From the IMG/VR virus record IMGVR_UViG_3300042922_000265, positions 1 through 64,000 of that record: 64,000 bases of DNA. One strand, given 5' to 3'. This DNA comes from a virus. The first letter of the stretch is position 1; every line of letters starts with the position of its first letter. Of the stretch, positions 28,612-38,901 are shown piece after piece. The position numbers and the translations under genes are program-made. Below the pieces are notes generated by a model that saw only the letters and a list, made by a program, of their open reading frames with translations, did not search any database and was not told the origin of the DNA.

Positions 28612-29532
28612 TCAGCGGTGGCGTGCCAGCCGCGACTGCAGCGACCCACCGCTCTTGGGTGCCGACGTGGCCTGAGCCTCGTCGGAATCGTCGCCCTTGA
28701 GGTCCTTCTTCTCGTTGATGCCGCCGCCGAGGAAGTACTTGACGCGCTCCTCGGAGCACTGGTCCTCAGCCCACTCCTCCAGGGTCTGCGGGCAGTAGGC
28801 GAAGCGGTCCTCGGACTCTTCGGTCAGCGGCTCACCGTCGGCGTTCTGGCCGGTGCCGTACCCGTAGTACTTGTGCAGCGCCTTGTAGGACGGGCTGATC
28901 TCGCCCTCGGGGACGTACTCCCAGTCCGGGTCGACCTGCTTCTCCATGAAGCTGTAGCTGGTGTCGGTCTTCGCGCCGGTCCGCTTGATCTTGAAGATGC
29001 GGTCGCAGAGCGTGCCGTTCTCGTCGTAGTGGCTCACCAGCGGTGCCCAGAAGTTCTTGTAGGCCATCTTGACCGTGATGAACTTGCGGGCCTCGAACTT
29101 CCCGGCCTTGGTCTCGACAGTGTCCCACTCGTCCTCGTAGCTGATGGACGGGCGACCGTTCTTGCCCTCGGTGACGACTTCCTTCTGGACCACGGCAATG
29201 GCCACGGTGCGCGTCTTGGGGGTCAGGTCCAGCAGCTCGGAACCGCCGAACTCCTTCTGGACGCCGCCGTAGGTGCGGACGTAATCCTCGGCGCTGGGGT
29301 CCTCCAGCAGGTCGGGACGGACCACGAAGGTGGAGCCCTTGCCGGAGCCGTCGCTGGGGAAGACGAACTCGTAGAAGTCGACGGTCAGAACGTCGTCGAT
29401 GTCGGTCAGGAATCGGAGGGCGATCGTCTCGCCGTCCTTGAGGGCGAAATAGCCCAGACGACCGGAGAAGCCGCCTCCGCTCTTGGAGTCGGCGATTGCG
29501 TCGTTGATGGCCTGTAGCCCTGTGCGTGCCAT
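28612..29532 (-). CDS. ssDNA-binding protein (gp32-like)
   Basis: LRFL and IKRTG.KTDTSY motifs; acidic C terminus; lies next to dnaE. Confidence 0.7.
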   Translation of the reverse strand: MARTGLQAINDAIADSKSGGGFSGRLGYFALKDGETIALRFLTDIDDVLTVDFYEFVFPSDGSGKGSTFVVRPDLLEDPSAEDYVRTYGGVQKEFGGSELLDLTPKTRTVAIAVVQKEVVTEGKNGRPSISYEDEWDTVETKAGKFEARKFITVKMAYKNFWAPLVSHYDENGTLCDRIFKIKRTGAKTDTSYSFMEKQVDPDWEYVPEGEISPSYKALHKYYGYGTGQNADGEPLTEESEDRFAYCPQTLEEWAEDQCSEERVKYFLGGGINEKKDLKGDDSDEAQATSAPKSGGSLQSRLARHR

Positions 29533-29619
29533 TGCAGTGTTCTCTCTTCTAGTTAACTGGTTGGCCGAAGCCTGATGTGGTGTTTGTATATCTGTGTTTA
29601 CTGCGGTGCTGAGCCTACA

Positions 29620-30393
29620 TCACCTCCGGGACACATGGGTAGGAAGCTGTGGAGAAACCTCAGAAAGGTTCGATAGTCCTTGGTTACCAATAACTCTCGC
29701 GACTAGAGCATTTGCAGCATGCGCCGATGGCTCCCATCTGCGGGGGATCATCAGGATCTCCTGCGGCTCGTTCCATGACGGGCGCTCACCGTCCCACAGC
29801 AAAAGACGCAGACGCCCCTTGAAGGACGATTTGTTGGCGTGCTGCATCAGGTAGTGATACCACTGCTGGGCGCACAGAGGATCGGTAGTTCGGTGTCCCA
29901 AGCTGAAGTAGTCAAACCTGCCCGCCTTGCCGTAGGGGTTAGCTCGCTGGGGCTTGAGAGCCTCACGCACCTTCTCCTGGCTCATCACCTTCATGGTGCC
30001 CAAGGTGGCCTTCAGCTCCTCGGCATACACCTTGTCCATGAGCCGCTGGCCCTCGGGCGTGCGGTCGTACTTCAGTCGTTCCTGGTCGTCGAGAAGCACT
30101 TCGGCAATGTTCTTGATCCGGGTGAGCCTCTCAGGATCGGGGGAACTTCCGGTATCGGGATGCAGCTCCACGTAGAGCCGACGCAACGCAGACTTGATCT
30201 CACTACGTGAAGCGGAGGGAGCCACCCCCAACTCTGCGTAATAGCCCACGGGATCTCGTTCGTTTCTTGGGGCCAGGACCAGCTCTGTGCAGAGGGACGG
30301 AAAACCCACTCCTGGGCTGATGTCCCTGGAGTCGAAGAGGTCATACGGGCGATTTGTCACTGGGGACGGCGGTCCCGGCTTCTTGGCGCTCAC
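29620..30393 (-). CDS. DnaJ-domain protein
   Basis: YYAELGV...IKSALRRL...LHPD...R.KYD J-domain. Confidence 0.85.
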   Translation of the reverse strand: MSAKKPGPPSPVTNRPYDLFDSRDISPGVGFPSLCTELVLAPRNERDPVGYYAELGVAPSASRSEIKSALRRLYVELHPDTGSSPDPERLTRIKNIAEVLLDDQERLKYDRTPEGQRLMDKVYAEELKATLGTMKVMSQEKVREALKPQRANPYGKAGRFDYFSLGHRTTDPLCAQQWYHYLMQHANKSSFKGRLRLLLWDGERPSWNEPQEILMIPRRWEPSAHAANALVARVIGNQGLSNLSEVSPQLPTHVSRR

Positions 30394-30528
30394 GCTTCTC
30401 CTCTACTCGGTCCAGGGCCGCCTGGCGCAGGTCGGCACTGGCCGACTTGAACTCCATCTCCTGGGCATTGAGTGCGTCGGCCAAGGTGTTGGCTGGCGTC
30501 ATCACCTGCTTGCCGCCGGGGTAGTGCG

Positions 30529-31707
30529 TCACACGCTCGCCCGACGGGAGCGTCCTTTGGCTCGGTCGTTTCTCGCCCATTTCGCTCGCTCCTCGTCATA
30601 TTGGGCCAGCTTCTCGTTGGCCGGGACCGCCGAAGCGATCTTGTCCATCATCTCATCCAGGGTGTCACAATCACCCATGTCCTGGCCCTCATCGGGCTCC
30701 ACGACGGTCACCTTGGCCTTGCGGTGCAGCTTCTCCACCAGGCGGCGCTCCGCAGAGCGACCGGCGTTGTCCGGGTCCATCCACACGACGATGCGGGGGT
30801 CGATGTCGTTCAGTAGATGCGCAACCTGGCCGTCGGTGATCTTGGCACCGAAAGTCGCCGTGACTCCTCGTAGACCGACTGCCTCAGCCTTGATCGCACT
30901 GAAGGGGGATTCGACAACAATGACAGCCCCTCCGGTGAGGGTGAGGGTGTCCATTCGCCGAGCCATTCGCGCCTCATCGAGTCGATAGAGTGTCTCGGCC
31001 TTGGGGAAGCCTGGACTACTCCGGTACTTCGGCATTGCGGGCACGGTTCCAGGCCATTCACCAGGTCGGTTCGGAACAGCCCGCTTCTGCCATCCCACCA
31101 GATTCCCTCCCCAGAAGTGCGGGATGGTGATCCGGTTGGTGAGCTGGTCGTAGCCGATATGGAGCCGGGACGCTGTGTCCACGTCGATGCCTCGTCCAAC
31201 AACATATGGGTGGACGAAGGCCCACGGTTCGAGGCTGCGCGTGGGGAGGGTTCGGATGGGGGCTGCCAGGGCTTGCGGCTCTGTCGCGGCAGCCAGAATC
31301 CGGTCCAGCTCAGCCATGAAGTCGTCAGTTGTCGCTGTCGCATCGTCCAGGAATCCTGATACCAGTCCCATGACGGCATGAGGGTCCTTCTTCCCCTCCA
31401 TCTTCATGATCAGATGGAGCATGTCGTACCCGCTCTTGTTCGTCTCCGGGTCTACGTAGCTATAGCAGGTATAGAGTTTTTTGTCCAGGTTGCAGGCCGC
31501 CGACGGGTTGGCGTCGCCGTTCTGGTGGTGTGGGTCCACCCGATCGATCAGGCAGCTGTGAATGACTTCCTCGGTGCCGTCCTCGTTGTGCTCTACACGC
31601 TGGTTGTCGGCCCCGTAGTAGTCCAGGACGGCCTGGGGATCGATCCGGCGGTGGATGTCCTCGAACTGGATCTCGGCGGCCTTCATGGCGCTCAGACCGC
31701 GCTTCAC
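30529..31707 (-). CDS. DNA primase (zinc-binding domain plus TOPRIM)
   Basis: VVESPF, DPDNAG and QDMGD motifs. Confidence 0.88.
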   Translation of the reverse strand: MKRGLSAMKAAEIQFEDIHRRIDPQAVLDYYGADNQRVEHNEDGTEEVIHSCLIDRVDPHHQNGDANPSAACNLDKKLYTCYSYVDPETNKSGYDMLHLIMKMEGKKDPHAVMGLVSGFLDDATATTDDFMAELDRILAAATEPQALAAPIRTLPTRSLEPWAFVHPYVVGRGIDVDTASRLHIGYDQLTNRITIPHFWGGNLVGWQKRAVPNRPGEWPGTVPAMPKYRSSPGFPKAETLYRLDEARMARRMDTLTLTGGAVIVVESPFSAIKAEAVGLRGVTATFGAKITDGQVAHLLNDIDPRIVVWMDPDNAGRSAERRLVEKLHRKAKVTVVEPDEGQDMGDCDTLDEMMDKIASAVPANEKLAQYDEERAKWARNDRAKGRSRRASV

Positions 31708-31985
31708 GGCTTGTACCGATCAATCATGCCTTCTAGCCAGCTGACACCAACCGGATTGGCCGAGTGCACGCGGACCACGGCGGGCCAACGGTCATTGCCG
31801 TCAGCGTGCTGCTCACACAGCCACAGCACGATGGGCCGCGTGGTGTCGTCGCCACCCAGGTCGTGGTCCAAGCTCATCTCGGTCACGCCGGGGTAGTGCA
31901 GGAAGGCCAGCGCGCGCTTGGACGTCTTGGCCCACCACCAGGTGTCATCCGGCGGGAGCCGGAGGTCATCCACCCAGAGCTTCAC
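31704..31985 (-). CDS. Cyclic-phosphate-processing receiver-domain protein
   Basis: LWVDDLR.PP, SLDHDLG and HSANPVG signature. Confidence 0.8.
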   Translation of the reverse strand: MKLWVDDLRLPPDDTWWWAKTSKRALAFLHYPGVTEMSLDHDLGGDDTTRPIVLWLCEQHADGNDRWPAVVRVHSANPVGVSWLEGMIDRYKP

Positions 31986-32294
31986 GACGGCGGCACCAAC
32001 GGTTCCAGGGTGTCGATCGCCCAGTCCAGGGCCTCCCACTCGCGCACGTCGTACTTCATCGACGACGCCGAGTCGCCTCGGGCCTGACGCTCCTCCAGAC
32101 GTCGCTCCAGGTGAGAGTGGCGACGCTTGAGGGTCGCCAGCTTCCAACCGTCACTCATGCATGCATCCCCACCCCTCGAAACTCGATCACGTGAAGTGAT
32201 AGCTGGTCCCATGCCGATTGCTTGGTCTGCCAGGGACCCTGGAGCCCCTCGCCGTACCACTGCTGGTAGCCACAGTGGCAGGAGACAGCGCAGA

Positions 32295-32651
32295 TCACTT
32301 CGGGGTCCCCTCGACCCATTTGCCGTCCACCTGCACCTCGGTCTTGAGGTTGACCGGCCACATGTCCCGCTCCACCTTGGCCTTCAGCAGGTCCTCGCTG
32401 GCGCACTGGCGCTTGACCCAGAGCTTGAACGTCATGGTCTCGGCCATCCGGCGGAACGCGGTCTTCTTGTTCTGCAGCTGGGAGCGTTCCTCGGAGGACT
32501 CGCCGACCGCGCCGGAGGCCCGATGCACGATGCGCACGGCGGTGTCGCGCTTGTTGCGATTCTGTCCACCCGCGCCGGAACCGCGCTTGGTCTGGACGTC
32601 GCAGTCCTTGAGGGTCACTGACAGCATCAGCTTCTTGTCGCCCATGATCAC
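32295..32651 (-). CDS. Stand-alone GGQ peptidyl-tRNA hydrolase (RF-1 domain; ArfB/PrfH-like)
   Basis: RGSGAGGQNRNK.DTAVRI.H, ERSQLQNK. Confidence 0.9.
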   Translation of the reverse strand: MIMGDKKLMLSVTLKDCDVQTKRGSGAGGQNRNKRDTAVRIVHRASGAVGESSEERSQLQNKKTAFRRMAETMTFKLWVKRQCASEDLLKAKVERDMWPVNLKTEVQVDGKWVEGTPK

Positions 32652-33916
32652 TCCTCGTTGATCTCTCGCACCGATGCTTCGGTGCGATCGTGCAGACGCC
32701 AGTTCAGCAGGTAGTTCTGCTTGTCACCCCGGCGGAAGCCGAGGGTGTCCATGCCCATCACATTGTTGTGCCGCATGGAATCGTTACGCCAGAGACCGAA
32801 GGCGATGTCGACGGTCTGCTCGATGAAGCTGGAGTTGGCGAAGTTCTGCAGCTGGCCGCGACCGCCGTCGGACTTCTGGCTGTCACGGTTCTGCTGGACG
32901 GCCAGCACGCACGGGATCGCCCCGGCGCTCTCGCGGGCAATCTCATCCTTGAGATCGAACATGATCTCGCCGTGCTTGAACCGCAGGGCCTGATCGCCGG
33001 TATAGCGCTGCTCGGAATCCATGAAGCTCAGCTGATCGATGTACATGATGCCCGCGCCGACCTGACGCGCCCGGTTGACCATGTAGGCCACCGTGCGCTC
33101 CCCGCGCTCTGGACGCTCCACCAGAAGGTCCCCGGCGTCACGCAGGCGTTCCTGGGCCTCGTGGAGGCGCTTGAGGTCCTTGGGCAGCATGGAGCCCTCC
33201 ATGATCTGGCTGTAGCTCACCCCGGAGTAGAAGGCATCGATCCGGTCCTCCATCTCCGAGCACGTCATCTCCAGGGTGAAAACGATGGGCTTGATACCGG
33301 CCAGGTGCGCGCTGGCCGCGCCCTTACACAACGCGAACGACTTGCCCACCTTGGTGAAGGCGGCGAAGGCCGCCAATTCACCGGGGCGCAGTCCCCTGGT
33401 GTGCTGGTCCACCAGATCCAGGCCATAGGGCACGCCAGAGCCCTGGTCAGCACCACGCGCGGCGAAGGCAGCCCGGCGGGCGTCGATGTTCTCGGCCATG
33501 TTGTTGCGCGAGGTGCGCGCGGCGGTGCGCTCGGTGATGTCGTACGCCTGCTGCCAGAGCGTCTTGATGGCCCCGATGGGGTCCTCGGCGATACTGCGAC
33601 CAGCCTGGCGCAGGATGTCCTGGGCCTGGTTGAGGACGTAGCGGTCCTTCAGTGAGCTGACGAGCCACTCCAGGGACAGATCCTCGCCCTCGGTGATCTT
33701 CTCCAGCTTGAGCGTGGGGAACTCGTGCTCCATCACCACCCAGGTGGGGGCCAGGGCCATGGCCGAGTCCTGCCAGTACCGGATGATCCACCCGAAAGCG
33801 ACCCGGTTGACCAGGTCCTCGAACACGTGGTCACGCAGGCCCATCTCCCAAACCCGGTTGATGCTGTCGGCGGAGCCGACGATCTTGGACAGCAGCTTGG
33901 TTTCCAGGTCGCTCAT
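32648..33916 (-). CDS. dnaB: DnaB-like replicative helicase
   Basis: AFTKVGKS, LEM, IDQL, QQNR and IEQTVD. Confidence 0.9.
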   Translation of the reverse strand: MSDLETKLLSKIVGSADSINRVWEMGLRDHVFEDLVNRVAFGWIIRYWQDSAMALAPTWVVMEHEFPTLKLEKITEGEDLSLEWLVSSLKDRYVLNQAQDILRQAGRSIAEDPIGAIKTLWQQAYDITERTAARTSRNNMAENIDARRAAFAARGADQGSGVPYGLDLVDQHTRGLRPGELAAFAAFTKVGKSFALCKGAASAHLAGIKPIVFTLEMTCSEMEDRIDAFYSGVSYSQIMEGSMLPKDLKRLHEAQERLRDAGDLLVERPERGERTVAYMVNRARQVGAGIMYIDQLSFMDSEQRYTGDQALRFKHGEIMFDLKDEIARESAGAIPCVLAVQQNRDSQKSDGGRGQLQNFANSSFIEQTVDIAFGLWRNDSMRHNNVMGMDTLGFRRGDKQNYLLNWRLHDRTEASVREINEE

Positions 33917-34710
33917 ACGATTGGTCGCACCTCTCCGGCCTTGATTTCGTCGTCTTCTCGGGTGCGGGCGATGGGGCGGAAATCGACGCCCTCGAACTCG
34001 ACGTAGACCGACTTCTCCTTGAGCAGCGACAGCGCCGCCGCGCCGTAGTTCTTGCGGATCATGTTCTCGGCCAGGTTGGTGGTGATGAAGGTGGGCCGGT
34101 TGTGCTGCACGCGGGTGCGCAACAGCGAGTCGAAGGTCGACTCGCTCAGGATGGTGGTGCCCAGCAGGTCCTTGCCGACATCGTCAAGCAGCAGCACCTG
34201 GGACAGCTCGAACCGGCGCTCGAACCAGCGCCGCTCCTTGGGTTCCTTCCACCCGGCGGTGTACATGTCAATCGTCTTGGCCAAGGTGGTGGCGAAGCAG
34301 GTGTAGCCACGCTTGACGAACTCCTTGAGCATCAGGTTGGCGATCATGGTCTTGCCAGTGCCGAAGTCGCCGTAGAGCCACAACCCCACCCCGCGCTGGA
34401 TGTACGCCTCATGGTTGCCGACGTAATTGTCCACCAGGTCGGTGACGTCGGTGGTGCCGTGGTAGTCGCTCCAGTCCAGGCGCTGATACGTGCCGCCGAT
34501 ACCGGCGTGCAGATAGTGCATGTGCAGGTGCAGTTGCTGCTGGCAGTCGCACTCCTGGCGCACGCCTTCCCAGAGGTAGTCGCCACGCTTGAAGCAGGTG
34601 GGGCAGTACTTCTCCGGGTCGCCGCCCTTGAGCTGTGGGTTGTCAGCGATCAGCCGCGCCAGGTCTTTGTCGTCGAAGAATTTGCTCTTGTAGGTGTCTC
34701 GGGTGATCAC
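33913..34710 (-). CDS. DnaC/IstB-like helicase loader
   Basis: CPTC..CDC, GDFGTGKT, LLLDDVG and ITTN. Confidence 0.88.
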   Translation of the reverse strand: MITRDTYKSKFFDDKDLARLIADNPQLKGGDPEKYCPTCFKRGDYLWEGVRQECDCQQQLHLHMHYLHAGIGGTYQRLDWSDYHGTTDVTDLVDNYVGNHEAYIQRGVGLWLYGDFGTGKTMIANLMLKEFVKRGYTCFATTLAKTIDMYTAGWKEPKERRWFERRFELSQVLLLDDVGKDLLGTTILSESTFDSLLRTRVQHNRPTFITTNLAENMIRKNYGAAALSLLKEKSVYVEFEGVDFRPIARTREDDEIKAGEVRPIV

Positions 34711-35084
34711 AGCTCGTCGTTCTCCACGCTGAGCATGTCCTCTCGTAGGCGGTCTTGGGTGGTGTCGGATTCGGTCTTGCGTCTGGCCCGGTTCCGGGCG
34801 TTGAACAGCCTCATGGAGTACCGGCACATCACACAGTGGCAGGGCGGAAACTTCTCGGTGGTCCCCTTGTACCGACCAGGGGTGCCATGCCCCAGAATCA
34901 ACATCAGATGATCCGATTCCCAGGTCTTCATGAAGGTGTCGTGGGCCAGGTTGCCCCGACGGGTGTCCTGCAGCAGGAACAGGTGCCCCGCGCAGTTGGC
35001 CTTGACGTTGGTAAAGGGAATCTCTAGGGCCTCCATCTCATCGATCTGAACTTGAGTCAGGGCGCGACGAGTTTCACCTGCCAC
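34707..35084 (-). CDS. Hypothetical protein (HGT...C.C..C zinc motif)
   Basis: HGTPGRY...CHCVMC. Confidence 0.55.
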   Translation of the reverse strand: MAGETRRALTQVQIDEMEALEIPFTNVKANCAGHLFLLQDTRRGNLAHDTFMKTWESDHLMLILGHGTPGRYKGTTEKFPPCHCVMCRYSMRLFNARNRARRKTESDTTQDRLREDMLSVENDEL

Positions 35085-35125
35085 AGAGTGGCTCCTTTCG
35101 TATTCAACTATACGACTACTATAGC

Positions 35126-35551
35126 CTATCCGCTGAATGCTGGCGAGTACAAGTCTTCCTGATCGTCGGGCTGCTGCACAGGCTGACCTGCGGTCCTGCC
35201 CTTGCGGACCAGCTGCTTCTCACACTGCTTGCGTAGCGCAAAGCTGTAGTCGCGAATGGCGGTTCGTTGGTCCGAGGGGAGATCGTCGACCTTACCACCG
35301 GTCTCCTCGATCCGGCGGATAGGCCAGAAGATCAGCACGGCGCGCGGCGTGTCGATGTCGGTGAGTGGGGTGGTGCTCATCTGGATGCAGCGATCGTCGA
35401 AGCCGGTGATGTAGCCGATGTGCTTGGTGCCGTCAGTCTCGGTGATCTTGAACTCGACCTCGCGATGAATGCGCCGAACCAGATACCGCTGGAAGATCTG
35501 GTCGCGTTCGAGGCCGATATTGACCTCGTCCTTCTTGGACTCGTTCGCCAT
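35126..35551 (-). CDS. Hypothetical protein, possible Sm/LSm-like fold
   Basis: DGT.H.G.I.GFD pattern. Confidence 0.5.
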   Translation of the reverse strand: MANESKKDEVNIGLERDQIFQRYLVRRIHREVEFKITETDGTKHIGYITGFDDRCIQMSTTPLTDIDTPRAVLIFWPIRRIEETGGKVDDLPSDQRTAIRDYSFALRKQCEKQLVRKGRTAGQPVQQPDDQEDLYSPAFSG

Positions 35552-35618
35552 GTGGACTTTCCCTCTACGACTTGCGAGCAACTGCTGCTCTACCCCTTCT
35601 GGTCGCTGCGGGTCTGTT

Positions 35619-36683
35619 TCACGTGGCCGGTGCGATGTCCAAGCAGGCAGTGCCCAGAATGTCCACACCCCGAAGGATCTCGCGGGTGCTGATATTCAGG
35701 GGCGGAGTCAGCCGGATGCACCGCGTGCCGCCGGGGCTGGACAGCAACAGGCCGTTGTCCCTGGCGGCGCGGACCAGACTCTTGGCGGCCTGGGCATCCG
35801 TGCACACCAGAGTGTGCAGCAGGCCGACTCCCCGGTGGGTGTCCACCACGTCCGGGAACTGCTTCTCCAGACCGTTGAGAGCCTCGTGCAACACCTCCCC
35901 GCTGGCCACCACGTTGTTCAGGAAGTCCTCGTTGGCCACCCGGCGCATGACGGACAGGCCCGCAGCGCAGATGGCCGGATGAGCCGCGTAGCGGTCCAGC
36001 CGAGGGGCGGCCTTCTCCCAGTAGGACCGAGGTGCCACCACGGCACCGAAAGGGAATCCCGCGCCTGCGGGGCCGCCGACGACGGTAATGTCACCTGTGA
36101 CACCCCAGCGGGTCTGCGCCCAGAAGTGGCCAGTACGACCGAAGCCGGTGCGGGTCTCGTCGATGATCACCCCGACCTCCATGTCGCGGGCGTCGCGGAC
36201 GACTGACGCGATCTCGTCCGGGGTGTACATCTCACCGCCAGGGGCTCTCACCAGACGAACCGTGGTGAAGTTCTCACCGTGGACCCAGGTGGCCAACTCA
36301 TGGGCGACCAGGGCCGCCTCGTCGGTGTCGGTGGTGAAGAGCACCTGCAGGTCCTCGCCGTCGGGCAGGCTGCACGCCAGGGCGTCGGCGTACTCGGTGA
36401 CCATGCGCTCAGCGAAGTCACCGGGGGCGCTGACGTTGCCGTAATGCAGCAACTGCTCATTGAGGGCGCTGCGTGCGCCGTCATCGCTGTGACCCAGCAC
36501 CAGGTGCTCGCAGGCGAAGTCCAGGTACTCAGAGCGGTACTGGTCCCAGACGTAGCAGCGCTCGGCCTGGGAGACCACGAACGTGTCATCCAGGGAGCCC
36601 ACCAGACGGTCGGAGTGGGCCTTGCGCAGGGGTGCGGTCAGCTCGTCGACCGTCTGGCGCAGCAGCTCGTCGGGGTCACTCAC
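35619..36683 (-). CDS. Class III aminotransferase-like protein lacking the catalytic Lys
   Basis: EYLDF, LGH, DETRTGFGRTG, RGVGL and IRLTPPL. Confidence 0.8.
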   Translation of the reverse strand: MSDPDELLRQTVDELTAPLRKAHSDRLVGSLDDTFVVSQAERCYVWDQYRSEYLDFACEHLVLGHSDDGARSALNEQLLHYGNVSAPGDFAERMVTEYADALACSLPDGEDLQVLFTTDTDEAALVAHELATWVHGENFTTVRLVRAPGGEMYTPDEIASVVRDARDMEVGVIIDETRTGFGRTGHFWAQTRWGVTGDITVVGGPAGAGFPFGAVVAPRSYWEKAAPRLDRYAAHPAICAAGLSVMRRVANEDFLNNVVASGEVLHEALNGLEKQFPDVVDTHRGVGLLHTLVCTDAQAAKSLVRAARDNGLLLSSPGGTRCIRLTPPLNISTREILRGVDILGTACLDIAPAT

Positions 36684-37132
36684 GCGGCGCGGACCACCAC
36701 ACGCGGGACGTCCAGCCGGTAGTCGCTCTGGGTACGGCAGCAACCACGCCCCACGGAGTACCGAATGCCGCGCTGATCGGCGAACATAAGCATCTTCTCG
36801 TTCCAGGCTCCCCGCTGTGGGGCCTGGTCGCCGAAGGCAACTACGTCTTCCAGGAACCGCTCGGCGAACTCGTCACGGAACAGATGGCTCCGGTCGCCGT
36901 TGAGGTCCTGGGCGTTCATAAGGAACCAGACCTCAGGACCTTGTCGCGAGCCGATCTTCATGTCGCGGTTGTAGCGGGGGTACAGGACCCCGTCCAGGCC
37001 CTCGGTGGCTCCGGGCTTGGAGAGGTTCTCCACGTCACAGGGCTGCGTCGGGCGACAGAACCAGTCCAGGTACTTATCGGGCACGGTGGTGGTGGTGCCA
37101 CCTGCGTGCGTGCTGCTATCAATCTTCGCCAT
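36680..37132 (-). CDS. Hypothetical protein
   Basis: Coupled ORF. Confidence 0.55.
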   Translation of the reverse strand: MAKIDSSTHAGGTTTTVPDKYLDWFCRPTQPCDVENLSKPGATEGLDGVLYPRYNRDMKIGSRQGPEVWFLMNAQDLNGDRSHLFRDEFAERFLEDVVAFGDQAPQRGAWNEKMLMFADQRGIRYSVGRGCCRTQSDYRLDVPRVVVRAA

Positions 37133-38102
37133 CAGTGATGTCCTTCTTCTTGACCCATTTGCCCGCTCGTTTTTCGAGCTTGGACGGGTGGACCCACTTG
37201 CCACGCACCCGATGCCAGCCCTCGCGTTCTCTCCACTCGCCACCGAACTCGTTGATGCGAATGCGCCGGAGGATCTTCTTCAGCTCATCCGGCTCGACAT
37301 TGCCGCGCCGGTAGTTGCTCAGCAGAATATCCCGGATGATCGGCAGCGTAAAGCGCCGAACGCCGTCACCCTTGCCGTTGATGCGCTCGGGCTCGATCGG
37401 GGTCCCGTCCGGGTGGATGAAGATCGGCAGGCCGGTGTCGGGGTCCTTGCGCAGACCCCAGTACAGCCACTGGTTGGTCTTGTCGAAGAACTGGGCCGCC
37501 TCGGTGGTGCTGTAGAAGGGCTGCACCCCGGCCTCGGCCAGCAGGTCCTCGTCGCTGATCTCCTCGATCTGACGGGCGACCTTCTTCTTCTTCGGTGTCT
37601 CGGGCTCCGGTTCTGGCTCCGGGGGTGGTGCGGGCTCGGGAATGGCCACCTTGGAGCCGCTGGGTCGCTTGCCACGACGCACCGCCTTGACCACCGGACC
37701 GGTGTCGGGGACCAGCTTGCCGTGCTTGGCATCGGCAGCAGCCACCTGGTCCAGGAAGGCCGAAAGGTCCTCGTCGGTGGCCTGCTCATAGAGACCCATG
37801 TCCTCGGTCTCTTCCACCAGCTGCGATGCGGCGATCTCCGCACTCAGGTCGTGGTTGTCGTAGTACGCACGGGCCTTGGCCACCTTGGCCTCGAACGCGG
37901 CCTTGCGCTCAGCCTCGGAGTCCTGAGGGTTCCAGTTCTTGCCACCAGGACGCAGATCGCCTTGAGGAACGTCGTCGGAGAAGACAGCACGATCCCCGCC
38001 ACCGTCGTGGTGGCGGGGAATCGGTGCAACGGAGTGGGCTACGCCGTCTGACCGGGGTGGACTCTGAGAATCCTCTCTCGTGACCGTGTGGTCTGGCTGC
38101 AT
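37119..38102 (-). CDS. Putative HTH DNA-binding protein
   Basis: YSTTEAAQFFDKT.QWL...RRFT (MerR/excisionase-like). Confidence 0.6.
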   Translation of the reverse strand: MQPDHTVTREDSQSPPRSDGVAHSVAPIPRHHDGGGDRAVFSDDVPQGDLRPGGKNWNPQDSEAERKAAFEAKVAKARAYYDNHDLSAEIAASQLVEETEDMGLYEQATDEDLSAFLDQVAAADAKHGKLVPDTGPVVKAVRRGKRPSGSKVAIPEPAPPPEPEPEPETPKKKKVARQIEEISDEDLLAEAGVQPFYSTTEAAQFFDKTNQWLYWGLRKDPDTGLPIFIHPDGTPIEPERINGKGDGVRRFTLPIIRDILLSNYRRGNVEPDELKKILRRIRINEFGGEWREREGWHRVRGKWVHPSKLEKRAGKWVKKKDITDGED

Positions 38103-38118
38103 AGCCCCTGTCCTGTTC

Positions 38119-38823
38119 CTAGATGTTGTGCACCGCGAAGCTCGGGGACTTCCACTCGCCGACCTTCAGGCTGGCCCGCAACTTCTCCAGGATCTCCGGG
38201 TCGTGCTTGGCCAGCTGCATCAGGGAACCCAGGTCGACCTCGCGGGTGACCTCGACCTTCTCGACGGTCACCTGCTCCCAGACCTTGTCGCCGAGCAGCT
38301 TGGCCAGCTTCTTCTCGTCCAGCGAGGGGTCCTTGCGGCCACAACCCTGGCGCGCGAAGCGCTTGCCGAACTCCGGGGCGTCGATGGAGGCGTTGATGTG
38401 CTCGGGGTACTCGTCGCCCTCGGCCTCGAACTCGGCGGTCATCGCGCCGGAGACACGGGCCTTGATCTGCTCACGAGTCGCCTTGGCGGTGTCCTCGACG
38501 CGGATCATCTCCAGCCAGATGTCCATCAGCTGGTTGGCCTCGGCCAGAGCGATGCGGGTGGGCTCTTCCACGCTCAGGATCGGCGCAGCGTCCTTGAGCT
38601 TGCGGATGTAGCTCTGGAAGGTCTTGTTGACGACCGCGATGTCCTTGCGATCCAGATTGGCCAGAGCGGCCTTCCAGCGGGCGGTGCGGCCCTCGCGGGT
38701 GGACTTGGTGGCGACGACGGCCTTGGAGTCCTCGGACTTCACCAGCGCTTCGTACTGCGCGACGTAGTCACCGTCGTGCTGGGCGAGGATGGTCTTGAGA
38801 TCCTGCTCGATGAGGTCGGTCAT
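38119..38823 (-). CDS. Hypothetical protein
   Basis: Long ORF. Confidence 0.65.
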   Translation of the reverse strand: MTDLIEQDLKTILAQHDGDYVAQYEALVKSEDSKAVVATKSTREGRTARWKAALANLDRKDIAVVNKTFQSYIRKLKDAAPILSVEEPTRIALAEANQLMDIWLEMIRVEDTAKATREQIKARVSGAMTAEFEAEGDEYPEHINASIDAPEFGKRFARQGCGRKDPSLDEKKLAKLLGDKVWEQVTVEKVEVTREVDLGSLMQLAKHDPEILEKLRASLKVGEWKSPSFAVHNI

Positions 38824-38901
38824 GTTCTAGGCTCCTGAAGTTTTTTGATGTTTGGTTGTTTTTGCCTTCTCGACAAGTATATCTGTAGTGACCGACAAAT
38901 G

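Noticed and set aside
23913-33916. Inteins or introns in RecA, DnaE or DnaB
   Set aside because: Lengths are normal, motifs are contiguous, and there are no C...HN-[CST] junctions
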